DNA of 64,000 nucleotides from Felis catus (lineage: Eukaryota): NCBI RefSeq assembly GCF_018350175.1, contig NC_058368.1, positions 36,086,001-36,150,000 of the forward strand, written 5' to 3'. Every line of letters begins with the position of its first letter. Position 1 is the first letter of the stretch. Of the stretch, positions 51,559 to 64,000 are shown one piece after another. The notes under the pieces were generated by a model, which saw only the letters and a program-made list of their open reading frames with translations, made no database searches and was not told the DNA's origin. The position numbers and the translations under genes are program-made.

Positions 51559-51690
51559 TAGAGTTGCTGGATCCAGGACACCTAGTTAAATTTGGATTCC
51601 AGATAAACAAAATCTCACAGTGTCTGTATATCTGAAACTCAGATTTCACTCGGCATCTTGTATTTTGACTCACTACATCTGGCAATACTA
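51559..51690. mobile_element. MER53-like palindromic hAT MITE, centrally deleted
   Basis: Left arm tagagttgctgga..caggacacctagttaaatttggattccagataaacaa; right arm tatctgaaactcagatttcactcggcatcttgtatttt..atctggcaatacta. Confidence 0.75.
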
Positions 51691-52141
51691 GCCTATGTGC
51701 TCCTATAAAGACATAATTTCCAATAAAGGATGAGTTAAATAATAGTATTTCTTTGTGTGTCAAACAAAAATCAGCCACTATATATACAATACCAAAATTC
51801 ACATGTAACTCAGCCATGTTACATTGAGAGTTTTTGATCATGATGATTTTCTTTTAAAAAACACCATTTCTTCACATTTTTAAGGAAAAAAAAGAGTAAA
51901 TTTGTTCTTGTTTTTAAGTCCCCAGGCTATGTATCACTTGGTAATAAACACAAAAGTACTGATGACATTATATTACATTATGCATACAAACATTAGATAC
52001 TCAGTTTTTACCTTGAGACACCATTGAGGTATACCACCCAGGAACAGACACTATAAAGAAAGTGTTAAATGAAAATAACAGATTAAAGACATCTGTTTAA
52101 TTTACTAACATGCCCTGATGATGTTCAGATAGATGAATTAC

Positions 52142-52269
52142 CTGACAGGATTACTAGTCAAAGAGACGCGGAGGGACTCCAGGCATGTGACAATGTCATC
52201 TGCAGACCCCATTTTCAGTTCATGGATGAATTCCTGAGGTGAGATCTGTCGCCTACTCTTAAGACTTCC
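52142..52269 (-). CDS. DIAPH3: DIAPH3 coding exon (~exon 5), 128 nt, GTPase-binding domain
   Basis: Junctions ttacag|GGAAGT...CCTGTCAG|gtaatt; encodes GSLKSRRQISPQEFIHELKMGSADDIVTCLESLRVSLTSNPV(S); phase 0 to 2. Confidence 0.96.
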
Positions 52270-52476
52270 CTGTAATTTAAAGAAAAAAAAAATTTATCTT
52301 CATTAAAGCACTATCAATTACATTAATCCTATCTTTCATATAGCAGCTGCATGCAACTACTCCGAGCAGTCTTACTTTGCAGGAATGATTCCTCTGCTCA
52401 CAAATATAAATTATAATCTACGATATTCACCAAAGATGAAACACCAAAAGGTTTGCAAATTAAAAGGACTTTCTCA

Positions 52477-52730
52477 GGGTGCCTGGGTGGCTCAGTTGAT
52501 TAAGTACCTGACTTCGGCTCAGGTCATGATCTCACGGCTGTGAGTTTGAGCCCCGCGTCGGGCTCTGTGCTGACAGTTTGGAGCCTGGAGTCTGCTTCAG
52601 ATTCTGTGTCTCCCTCTCTCTCTGCCCCCTCCCCGGCTTGCATTCTGTCTTGCTCTCAAAAACAAATAACTCCGGCTTGCATTCTGTCTTGCTCTCAAAA
52701 ATAAATAAACACTAAAAAATGTATTTTAAA
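52477..52730 (+). mobile_element. CanSINE with a duplicated 3' segment
   Basis: gggtgcctgggtggctcag head; TSD taaaaggactttctca (52461-52476 and 52733-52748). Confidence 0.94.
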
Positions 52731-53339
52731 AGTAAAAGGACTTTCTCAAATGCAAAATTATCATGGAAAACAATGAAGTGTGGAGACATACGTATCATAG
52801 GAAATATCTGAAAACAGAGTAATCTATTTTAGGCACTTGCAACATAAAAATCAAAACTCAATACAAGAAAAGCCCTGTTAAAACTAATCTTCTAAGCACC
52901 ACAAAAAGGCCTTGAAGCTACTGACTCAACTACCATTAAGTGCCTAGTTCTAAGCACGATATACAAAGAGATGATCAAAACCTAAGTCTGGAAGGAGAAA
53001 TGCAAGCACAGTAGTAATACTTTCTGGTGAATCTAATTCCTGTAATACAGTACCTACCTAAGGACCCAGAGGAGGAATCCTAACTTGGTGAGCAGATGAG
53101 GGAAGCCCGAGTAAAAGCGCGAAGGGAAGTCAGTTAAGGGGACTGAGAATTAGGAACTTCTTCCAGACTGAAATAGGGCACATATGTGCAACCACAAAGA
53201 AAACCAGAAGCACTTATAGCCAAAGGTATCAGCCAGGTCAGGGAGGGACAGAGCACCACTAATCAATCAGATTCTCCAGGGCAGTTTTGGAAGGATCACT
53301 CTGCCAGCAGTATGAAATGCAGATGAGAAGAGTTGGAGT

Positions 53340-53900
53340 GCATTCATTATTCAACATTTCGTGCCTACTAAGTGTCAGACACTGTTTGAAGTGCTATACA
53401 GAGAACAGTCAATAAGAGACAAACATCCCTAGGTACATGGAGCTTTCTTCTCCATGGAGAAGAATAAAGCCAGGCAGTCAATAAATGAACTAAGCAGTTA
53501 AAGTAGTTGCTTTGTAGCTACGGAAAAGTGCTACAGAGAAACATAAAAGCAGAGAAGTAGAATAAGGAGCACAGGAGGTGGTTTGCAATTTCAAACAGTG
53601 TGGTCACAGAAAGACTCGCAGAAGAATCCGAAGGCCTCAAACTTGAGTATTAGAATAAAGGTGTGAAGGACAGAGAAGTAACCATACCTGTAACTGAAAA
53701 GTTGTAATGGAAGGGACTGTACCCTCAGAGGCCGCCCAAAGAACTCTGATTTTACTTTCAGATGAGAAGCAACAGAAGCAGCAAGACCGGTTAGAAAGGC
53801 ACAAACATAGTCCAGATGGAAAAAATGAAGCAGCATGAACAAAGTCCAGAACTGAATCCACTTAAACTACGGATTACACATCCAAGGGGAAGGAATTATA
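53340..53900 (-). mobile_element. L2 3' end fragment
   Basis: cattcattattcaacatttcgtgcctactaagtgtcagacactg is a reverse-complement L2 tail. Confidence 0.65.
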
Positions 53901-54624
53901 CATGTTCAAGAGCAGATTAGTTGGGGTGTCAGGAAATCAGATCCACTTTTTTTTTTTTATTATTAATTTGCCATAATATTGTCCAAGAAAACACTTCCAA
54001 TAACACAAAACAAATTAGCACAGGAAAGACAGAGGATTTTCATCAATGGCAGAGTGGATATTTACCAACAAGAAAAAAAAAACTGAGCAAAATCTACAAA
54101 AATAAATTTGAAAGGAGAAATGAAATGATTTAGTGAAAATAAACACTTTTGAAATCAGTGACTGTTACGTATCATTAAAAAGAATACATTCAACTTGTAC
54201 TGACAGCATTTTCGGTATACTTTTCTGCTTTAAATTACTTAAGTATTGCCTGTTCAACACAGAAAATTTGGAAATCAGAAAAGCACTAGGAAAAAAAAAG
54301 TGCCTCAAAATGACTCTTAATTTGATATTTCTCTTTTAAGTGTTTTTTCTCATTTAGAATATGTAATATTCCCTATACATTCATGAACACATGTACTTTA
54401 CTTTCAAAAATATTATGTCATACATATTGTTCAGTAGGCTACTTTTATCTTTAGTAATATTTCATGAATATATCCCACATCTTAAATGAAAATTTTTTTC
54501 CTGGCTACAGACTGTTAACATACCATTACTTACATGATTTAGACCCATATTACTGGGTGCATAGGTTGCCCAATATACTTTCTTGGTATCTTAATTTGTC
54601 AAGTTTCCTGTGCATACTGTCAAT

Positions 54625-54686
54625 ATTTTTTTAATGCTTACTTACTTCTTTTGAAAGAGAAAGTAAGTGAGCACACGCATGCAAGC

Positions 54687-54721
<35 letters not shown>

Positions 54722-54845
54722 CCCAAGCAGGCTCCTCACTCTCAGCACAGAGGGCCATGCAGGGCTTGATCTCATGAACTGTGAGATCATGATCTGAGCC
54801 AAAATTAAGTCAGATGCTTAACCAATAGAGCCACCCAGGTGACCC
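54625..54845 (-). mobile_element. CanSINE
   Basis: Reverse-complement SINE with (GA)n tract and TSD gtcaatattttt. Confidence 0.92.
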
Positions 54846-55078
54846 ATCAGGTCAATATTTTTATCAAAATATGTATCAACAGAAGTTAAACTAGATCTTT
54901 TTGTAGTACTTTCTGAATTTATCACTGAAATAATTATGATATGGAGGGATCAAAATACACCAAAGCTGAGATCAATTGGTTCCTTTCAACAAAAAATGGG
55001 TAAACACATATAGTCAATACTTTTAAAATGTAAGAATAAAAAGCAATAAATGCATTTGAGTAAAAATAAAAGTGATTT

Positions 55079-55310
55079 AGGGGCCCCTGGGTGGCTCAGT
55101 CGGTTAAGCAGCCAACTTCGGCCCAGGTCATGATCTTGCAGTTTGTGAGTTCGAGCCCCGTGTCAGGCTCTGTGCTGACAGCTTGGAGCCTGGAGCCTGC
55201 TTCGGATTCTGTGTTTCCCTCTCTCTCTCTCTCCACCTCCCCAGCTCATGCTCGCACTCTGTCTCTGTCAAAAATAAATAAATTTTTAAAAAATAAGTAA
55301 ATAAAAAATA
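55079..55310 (+). mobile_element. CanSINE
   Basis: ggggcccctgggtggctcagtcggttaagc head with TSD aaaataaaagtgatt. Confidence 0.93.
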
Positions 55311-55839
55311 AAAGTGATTAAAAAAAAAAAAAAAGTAATCACCTGCCCCACCACTTAACCCTATCCTTCAGAGGCCATCACTTTTAATTCCCTTAACTGT
55401 TTCTTTTGATGGTTACTTAATATGTCTAAATAACATGTTTACTCCAATTTTCTTAAACTTCTAAGACTTCAATATTACCTTTGACTTCCATTATGAAAGA
55501 TAAGGAGCTAGTTATATTAAAACAATGGAATTTGTATTCTTCCATCTTCTGACTATAGTTATAAGTAAACTCAGTTGAACCAGAAGATGCCAATTCCATG
55601 ACATAGAAGCTGACTGAATCCAGGCTCTATGAGATCCAGAGAGATTTTTGGATCACTGAACTTAGTAATTCTTTAGTTTGTTTCATGACACAAAATAGGA
55701 CATCATATGCCCCCATTCATAAAGTCTTCCAGCTACTATAATTCCCATGTTGGTCAAACCAACTCATTGGTGCCCCCACAACAGTGGAGATGCGAGAAGC
55801 ATGTTGGATCTTCCCATTCCTATTCAGTATTTTACTGGA

Positions 55840-57970
55840 GGTACGAACTAGTATGGCAAGGCAATAACGACAGCAACAATAGAGATTAGAAAAGAAGAAG
55901 AAGTAAGACAGTCTCTACTTGCAAATGAAATTATCTACATGAATTCAGCAAGATCACAGAATAAAAGCTCAACCTTCAAAAAATATTTTTTTATGTCTAA
56001 ATATTACTAGTAAGTGAGAAACGAAATTTTACAATTTAACAGTTGAAATAGCATCAAAAAAAGCCCTCACAAAATAAGGAGAAAAATTTTTAACAAAAGA
56101 AGATAAATACCTCTATGGAGAACTACAAATATTGTGAAGAGGTATTAAAGAGGACCTAAATGAATGATCTTATGCCAAGTTCACGGGTCAGAAGGCTCGG
56201 TATTATTAAGACATTGTTAAGAAATACATTTTCTGAAGGACAATGTATATATTCAATATATTCACCATCAGAATCCCAGCAAGTTTTTCAGAAATTGAGA
56301 AGAAGCTTCTAAAATTTATATGGAAAAAAAAAAATTTATATGGAAATGCAGGAAACCTAAAGTAGAGCAATTTAAAAGAATAAAGTTGGGGGGATTTTTC
56401 CAATTTCACGATTTACTATAAAGCTACCAAAATCAAGTTAGAATAGTAGAAGCATCAATAGAAAAGAATCCAGAAATACACTTGCACCTACGTAGTCAAT
56501 GATTTTCAACCAAGGTGTTAATGTAATTTAATGGGGTAAGAAGAATCTCTTCAACAAATAGTGCTGGAACAACAGGACATCCAAATGAGAAAAAGTGAAC
56601 CTAGACCTTAGACCTAAATGTGCAAGCTAAAACTTAATGTCTATAAGAAAACATAGATGAAAAGCTTCACTACCTACGGGAAGGCAAAGATTTCTTAGGA
56701 CAAGAGGCACTAACTAGAAAATTATTCATAAATTAGACTTCATCAAAATTTAAACCTTCAATTTTTCAAACAACTCTTAAGATAGTTTTATTGGGACAAT
56801 GAAAAGGAAGCCACAGGCTAGGGGAAAATATCCATAATACAACTCAAGAAGTGTGCAGTCCGAGTCTACATAACGTAACAAGCTAAATGAGCCTGTTACT
56901 GGTTCCTGAATGGTGGCAGAAAACATGAGTCCGCAGTTAGAGACAAAGGGCTGTATTATGCCTGTGTTGGTTCCCTGACCCACCAAGTCCCAGAGGGGCA
57001 ACACAGGGCTCCCTGATGGATGATCAACGCCTCCACATGCCATAGAATGCATTATAAGATACTGAGCATGGGGAACTCACCAATTTTAAAGTGAACAATA
57101 ACAAGCCTGCTCATTGTCTACAGGGAGACATAACCACCTTTCAAGGCAGCTCACTGCAAGCACAACCCTGAGAAATGGATTCAGTAAAGAGCAGTCAAGC
57201 CTTCCATTCTTGGTGTAACTAGAATAAATATACAGAGGTACTCAGGAACTATGGCAGACTGCCTCTCCCAACAATAAATGCATCGCATAAAGATTTGTAT
57301 TCAGAACTTTCAATGAAGTCCTACAACTCAGTAGTAATAAGACAAATAACCCAGTTTAAAAAAATGATCAAAAGACTTCACGAAAGAAGATACATGAATG
57401 GCCAATAATCACATGAAATAATGTTCAAGATAATTTGCCACCAGGGAAATACGGTTTAAAACCACAAGTGAAAAAAACAAAAACAAACAACTCCCCACGA
57501 ATGAGGTAACACTACACATCCCCTAGAGAGGGGAGGATGTGAAGCACCTAAAAGTCACCTATACTACTGGTGGAAACGTAAAATGGTATTGCCACTTTGG
57601 CAAAAAGTCTGGCAGGTTTTTTTTGTTTTTTTTTTTTAAAGATAAATGTACACCGACCAGAGGACTCCGCAATTATACAGCGATGTATTAAGCAGGAGAA
57701 AAAACAAAACAACAAAAATTCATACAATGTTCAGAGGTGTTTTATTCATAATATTCAAACACTGGGAACAACCCAACTATTCATCAAGTTGTGGTATATC
57801 TATTCAATGGAATACTGTACAACCATAAAAAAGATTCACTCATAATGCAACCAGATACATGAACCCACCCCCCCCCCAAAAAAAAAAAACTGCTGGGTTA
57901 AAAAAAAAGCCAAACAAAAAAGAGCACATAATGTATGGTTGTATGTATATGAAAGACCAAGACCAACCTG
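55840..57970 (+). mobile_element. Old L1M ORF2 3' part and 3' UTR, interrupted by an LTR
   Basis: tcttcaacaaatagtgctggaacaac, attagacttcatcaaaattt, aaagaagatacatgaatggccaataa and tattcaatggaatact motifs. Confidence 0.8.
56843..57273 (-). mobile_element. Solo LTR40-like LTR (diverged subfamily) nested in L1
   Basis: Ends ctctcccaaca (reverse complement TGTTGGGAG). tggcagaaaacatgag..agagacaaagg..caagtcccagaggggc..gggagacat match reverse-complement LTR40. Confidence 0.7.
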
Positions 57971-58719
57971 TCAGTCCTTTGTCCTGCTCCACTCTCTAGC
58001 TAACAGTATAAAAGCAAACGTGTCAATAGTTTTTGTTGTATTTGGGTGGAAGATGGGGGTAAAGACAGACAGCATCTTAAATGGGGCAGCAGGTAGACTT
58101 CACCAACAAACACTGGGAAAGACAGAATAATTTCACTGGCTCAAAGTAACTCTATTTCAGCCATAGTAAGTCTTCCAGTTTGAGCAATTTATTATCTAAA
58201 AACCTCCACCTTTTGCCCGAGATTCTTTCCTCTTAACACCCTCCCCTTTCACCCAAACTGTCACAATCACTACTGAATCTTTGCACAAGCCTACTCCCAG
58301 ACAGCACATCTGGGCTGAGACTCACTTCCTGGGATAGGCCTCTTCTGAGCCACAAAAGGGGAATCCCCCGTCCATGGATTCCTTCTTCTTAACACTCGCC
58401 ACTCTTATTTATTGTATAGAGGATATTGTGAGCATCTACTCTTTCCAGACATTGTTTACATGATGTAGACACAGGGGTGACCTAAGTGGTAGCAGAAGCA
58501 GCTATTGAAGAGTTCCAAGTCTGAGCAAATGACACTCTCCTAAGAAAATAACATTCAGCAGAAACCAGAATGAAGAGGAGAATGAAACATGTTTCAAGCA
58601 AAAGCAAAAGGCAGGAAAGAACTAAGTATATTCAAAGGATGGTAAAACGACATCTCAAAATCCCAGGAAATGACAGAGTTGAACAGGACAAGAGAGACAC
58701 AACAAGCTGGTATTGGAGG

Positions 58720-58928
58720 CAGGGGATCAACAAACAGCCGCCTGAGTGCCAAATGTTTTCGTAGGACTCCCGAGCTAAGAGTGTTGCTTACATTTTTAAA
58801 CGCTTGTAAAAAGGAAGAGGAGGAAGAGGAAACACTGGCACTGGCAGAAGTAACTGAAACCCTATGTGACTTGCAAAGCCTGAAACGTTTACTGTCTGGC
58901 TATTTAATACGAAGTTCGCTGGTCTCTG
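58720..58928 (+). mobile_element. MER58A-like hAT-Charlie MITE
   Basis: caggggatcaacaaac..gagctaagagtg..tacatttttaaa..gcaaagcctgaaacgtttactgtctggc..aagttcgctggtctctg. Confidence 0.7.
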
Positions 58929-59023
58929 ATGGTGAGGGCTTCAGGTTAATTCATCCTGAATGGATGGAAAACTATTGGCAGATATCCAGCAGATAAATTC
59001 TAAGATCTATTAAAATCAAGAAA

Positions 59024-59235
59024 CTTTTTTTTTTTTTAGACAGTACACCCAAGTGGGGGAGATGGGAGGGGGGGGGAGGGACAAGGAAAGAGAAACAGAA
59101 ACAGACAGAGAGAGAGAGAAGCAGAGAGCATCTTAAGATTCTCTTAAGCATAGCTCAATACCACCACCCTGGGAACATGACCTGAGCCAAAATCACGAGT
59201 CAGACACTTAACCGACTGAGCCACCCAGGCTCCCC
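59024..59235 (-). mobile_element. CanSINE, diverged
   Basis: catgacctgagccaaaatcacgagtcagacacttaaccgactgagccacccaggctcccc; the flanks repeat aaaatcaa. Confidence 0.88.
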
Positions 59236-60079
59236 AAAATCAAACGCTTTTTAAAGACTGTTCTAACTACTGTGTCGCGACAGAATGTAAGGAGCAAAAT
59301 GTGAAATAAGACCACCTGTTAGAAGGCCAGTACAGCGTCTGGTCAAGAGTGGACAGCAGCCTGGTACAAGGAGCCAGTGATGGAAGGCATGAGATCTGCT
59401 CAATATGAAGTTAGATCAGACAAGACTGGCTGATAGTTTGGAGGTGAGGTATTGAAAGAAGTTAAATTCAAAGATGATGCTGAAGTTTTGGTCTTAACAA
59501 CTAAGTGAGCAGTGCTGCCATCTACTGATCATTGATTCCCTGTCAAGAGCCTCAAGAGTGGTGGACTGGGGATAAACCCGGTCCAAAGTTCAAGGGGAAA
59601 GAAAAAAAAAGGGGGGGCAACTCTTGTGGGAGATTTCCCATAAAGGAGAGCAAAGAACTGGGGCAGCAGTTGGTGGGGAGCTATAGTGTGGATTTTCTTT
59701 GGGGGAAACTACAAGATGTTTGCAGGCTGATGGGAATGACCAAGCAGGGAGGAAGAAACTAATAACGCAGAAGAAGGTAGGTAAAGATGCAGGGAAACAA
59801 ACAAGTAAACAAACAAACAAAAAACTCAAGCAGATGACTCGGGATGTAGCCTACAAGAGGAAGGAATGACCTTACACAGTCACAGGTAAAGTCTATCACC
59901 GTAAGAAGATCAAAAGCAAAGTCAAGGGGAACAGATTCAGGTAGCTTGTTAGACCTGGTGATTAGGAAGTGAGGCGTGAAAGTTCTACTGTGATGGCATC
60001 AACCTTCTCAGGGATAGAAATAGCAATATAAGCGGCTACAAGTGAGGACGCAGAGTTGGAGGTATAAGAAAAGGTATGA

Positions 60080-60310
60080 GGGGCACCTGGGTGGCTCAGT
60101 CGGTTAAGCGGCCGACTTGGGCTCAGGTCACGATCTCGCGGTCCGTGAGTTCGAGCCCCGCGTCAGGCTCTGTGCTGACAGCTCAGAGCCTGGAGCCTGT
60201 TTCAGATTCTGTGTCTCCCTCTCTGACCCTCCCTCGTTCATGCTCTGTTTCCCTCTGTCTCAAAACTAAATAAACGTTAAAAAAAATAAAATAAAATAAT
60301 AAATAAAAAA
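60080..60310 (+). mobile_element. Young felid CanSINE
   Basis: CpG-rich ggtcacgatctcgcggtccgtgagttcgagccccgcgtc with perfect TSD aagaaaaggtatga. Confidence 0.95.
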
Positions 60311-62391
60311 AGAAAAGGTATGAAATCATTTCCAGAAAGCAAAGAAGTGTGCTGGCAAGGGTCAGGTGGTAGGATATCTGCTAAGGGCTCACTTGTCAAC
60401 CGTAGTCATTCAGAAAACACTACTTGTGGCTGTATGCTTCTTCCCAAATGCACGTTGTGCTGAGATGCAAAAGCAGACGAGGTAGGACATTTAGTTTAAC
60501 CAAGGGTAGAGTTTATATGGACCAAGAGGGAAATAAAAGAACTGTTTACTGAAGGTAACAATGGAGCATGTGTCTAAGGTCAATAAGGAAAGAAGGATGT
60601 AGCAGCAGTTGGAAAGTGATGGACATGAACAAATGGTAGAGTAGATGGATCGGTAGTTCTAAAAGGGTTATGGAATTCTTTCAGTGGGAATATTAAGTAA
60701 GCAGAAAGACAGGTAATGCTCCGCTAAGTTTGTAAACCATATTTAGGGGTGGTATTTTACTACGGGAGGCAACGAGTGGTTGAGGTTGGGTAGAAAAACC
60801 AAAGATTGCTGGAAATGATAGTCGAGAAAACGAGAGGACTGAATGTTGGATGGATCCTCTGTGTGAATGATGAGGTCAGAAAGGACACGGGCAGCGGTAA
60901 TAGCAGGAAAAAAGCAAAGGCTAGGGGCCAAATCTGTGAATGTGCTAGTACCTCTTTGTATTTTACTGGAGAAGGTCTTACATGTCTACTCAGACAGTGT
61001 CTGCCTCTGCCTAATTCATCACCGTGTCATCAGTACGTTGTAAAATTGCTGGCACTCAGTGAATGAATGAGGCTATAATAAAATCTAAGGTATACATAGA
61101 GTAAGAATTAAAACAAGAAAGGCGAGGAAGATAAGTCACAAGAAAAAATTCTCAATACTTACTCAGAAAGGAATATCTCAAATTAAAGACACAGGCAACA
61201 GACCAGATAATTGGGTGATTAGCTTTCACCAGAATTTCCCCCTTTTATTATAGTACTATCAACACACAGGTACAAAAGAAAGGAAATTGTGGGGAGAAAT
61301 ACATTACGTGAATAATCAGAAATACTCTTTTTAAGCACAGCTCTTCCTGTGTTTCTTTCATTTCACATAACTTCAAAGGAAGCGGGAAGTAGGGGGAGAG
61401 AGGAAGGACACTCACGTCTGCCTATCTCTGATTCCATTAGCCATGAAGATGAAAATACTTAGAAAGCTTTATCCCCTGTGGTATCAAAACACATTAGTGA
61501 GATAAGGATGTCTGCCTGACATCACAAAAATTAGAAGGATATTTATCCAACATAATTTTTAAATCTTTTTTAATCCCTTAGTAAATTTTATTCTGAAATA
61601 CCAAATGCAGGATAGAAAGAAAAGTACATAACATTCCTCTTGTCAGATTCCTTATTAAATGTATTCTAAGGTATAGAAAGTAATATGCACTTCCACAATT
61701 TATTTCCCTCACCATTTCTATATTTCTGAAACCAAATATTCTTTCTTTTGCTATGTAACTATTAAAGGTAATGGTAGTCATTTCTTCTGTACCTGCCTCA
61801 ATGCCTGCATTTCATCGCAGGTCAGGTATCAGAACTTTTCAGTAGATTTCTCCATTATTCTGTCTCATTTATTTGTTTGCAGAATTTGAAATACCATCTC
61901 CATGACAAATTAAAAATATATCCTATTTCCAGTTACCGGTAGGAAGTATTAGAGAACATTCTTTCATTTTTCAAATAATTGAATCATTTACATACAAATA
62001 TGGAGAATTCACCACTCAATGGAGACCTAATTTTAACAACAGTAAAACAAGCTATCTCTAGAAAGCCTGCAGGCTCTGCAGGAAGATGACCCACCCTAAT
62101 GTGTATGTGGGTGAGGACAATGACCTTTCAGTCCCTGGTAGAATGTCTGACACATGATAGTTGCTTTAAGCAAAAGTTTGCCCAATTACTCAACTCATTG
62201 AATCATACCTTATTCCTCCTGGAATGTACCTAGTACCCATACTACATCCTCAACCATGGGTAATGGTCTCTTACTCACACCTAAACCCATAAAGAAAAAT
62301 CAGCATGTTTTAACATGACCCAAAATATATAGCCTTTGGCAGTTAAAAACTTGAAATATTGGGGGACTGTAAGAAAACACTGAAACCTTAA

Positions 62392-62585
62392 CTTTTTTAA
62401 AATTTCTTTATTTTGAGAGGGGTGGAGGAGGGGCACAGAGAGAGAGGGAGAGAGAGAGAATCCCAAGCAGGCTCGCACCAATAGTGGAGAGCCCCATGCG
62501 GGTCTTGAACTCACGAACCATGAGATTATGACCTGAGCTAAAACCAAGAGCCAGATGCTTAAGTGGCTGAGCTACCCAAACACGC
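62392..62585 (-). mobile_element. CanSINE
   Basis: Reverse-complement SINE with TSD aaaccttaact. Confidence 0.9.
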
Positions 62586-64000
62586 TAAAACCTTAACTGA
62601 TCTTTTTATGAAGTAAGTTACTAGACTCAAGATCCCTCTCAATGACATTCACTTTCTAATTTTTAGCAGGTAAACTGCAGAGAACAAAAGAAGCTCCATC
62701 AGCATAAAACAAAAGGAGTCAAAAAGCCTAAGTTCTCATAGTGAGGAGAGTGTGTGTGCACACGTGGTCTGGCATTGGTGTGTGTGTGCCTGTTTCTATC
62801 CACCGGTCAGTAACTCTAGCTTAACTGCCTCAGTATCTCTTTAGTATTAGAACTCCTGTGGTCTTGGTACCTAACTCAGGTGATCAGACTAGTGAAGGGG
62901 GAGAAGATATGAAATGTGGAGACTATTTAAAGAAATAGTGTGCACTGATAATGACTGTATTTTAAGAAAACTGCAGAGTCAGCACTGTGCAAAACAGGGG
63001 TAAACACAGTTGCTGCCAAGGGGGTAATTATAATCTAAATTACTATCATGTATATTGCTATTAAAATGCATTACTACAATTTCCTTGCATTTTTCAAATG
63101 ATTCCTAGCATCTCTAATGTCACAGATCAACAGAAACACTAAACTGTCAGTGCAGTATGAATTACTTATTTTCAGAACATTTACAACCCCAACAGATCTC
63201 CAGTGCCAATAAAATCTGTTATTCAGAGATGATATTATGCAAACTCATAGTAGAAACTACGAGCAATGACAAGTACTGCAGAAAGGGGCGTTCACCACCA
63301 ACAACAAAAAAAAGTTCAGCAAAGAGTTTCTTTTAGGAGTTATTATTTTTTCCATAAACATTTAATGAGCATGATTATGTACCAAGAACTTCTCCTATAA
63401 TTTTGGAGGCTGCTTTTAGCGTACATTAAAAATAGCATACGTTAAAGGTTTAGAATTATCAAGTACATTTTACAAAGGAACATGATAAAATACAGAAAAA
63501 TCTGCTGCTCTCCCTCTTTCAGTTTCTAAAATAGCTCTACAGAAGAAAAAAAAAAAGCAGATTGATCCAACACTAATTTTAGCCACTCAGAAATTAACTT
63601 GCATAAAAGAAATTCAACACATTACATTCCTCGTATTATCCATCAATACTTAACTAGCATCGACATCCCTTCTATTCACAGGAAAGCTTTCTCACATTAG
63701 CCCATTGCCTTCAATAAAACAGTTGACTATTTAGACGATTCTGTATATTTAAAAAGACTTGCTTCAACTGCTCAAAGCAATGTCCTGCTATTATAAACTT
63801 CCATCTGGTTACCATGACCAGAACTCAGGTGCTTTTTAGCTTCTAAACCTCAAAAGGATGTACCATAACAGTTAACAGTCAACTGCTTCTACCCACAGCC
63901 AGAGAACAGAAGCCAAATCAACCATGGTGAGCAACACATCATGAACACATTGCATGAACCATAACACGCAATTATAAATAAGAATGAGGGTGTCTCTGAG

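Noticed and set aside
52270..64000. Further upstream DIAPH3 exon or promoter
   Set aside because: No sequence matching the preceding DIAPH3 peptide and no CpG island was found; the region appears fully intronic.

Overview
This is mammalian genomic DNA, almost certainly from a cat or other felid given its many felid-type CanSINEs. The whole window lies inside the formin gene DIAPH3 (mDia2/DRF3) on the minus strand. Eight coding exons splice into one continuous frame covering the GBD/DID (FH3) region: 52269-52142, 25984-25910, 25822-25753, 20839-20703, 18320-18215, 1812-1702, 1415-1297 and 493-377 (about exons 5-12 by recalled human numbering). The intron at 494-1296 is a minor-spliceosome U12 AT-AC intron. 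The remainder is intronic and repeat-rich: about 23 CanSINEs, old L1/L2/MIR fragments, hAT and Tigger MITEs, and MaLR/ERVL-type LTRs. The least expected element is a decayed LTR40-like provirus (about 10310-11700) that retains a readable gamma-type env TM fossil. Other leads are a perfect U1-complementary, recursive-splice-like site, a candidate poison microexon, inverted SINE pairs around exons, a CpG-rich VNTR and a twin-primed L1. Repeat family names come from recalled consensus sequences, so subfamily calls and old-repeat boundaries are approximate. Nearly all ORFs in the supplied track are spurious, and nothing prokaryotic or CRISPR-like is present.
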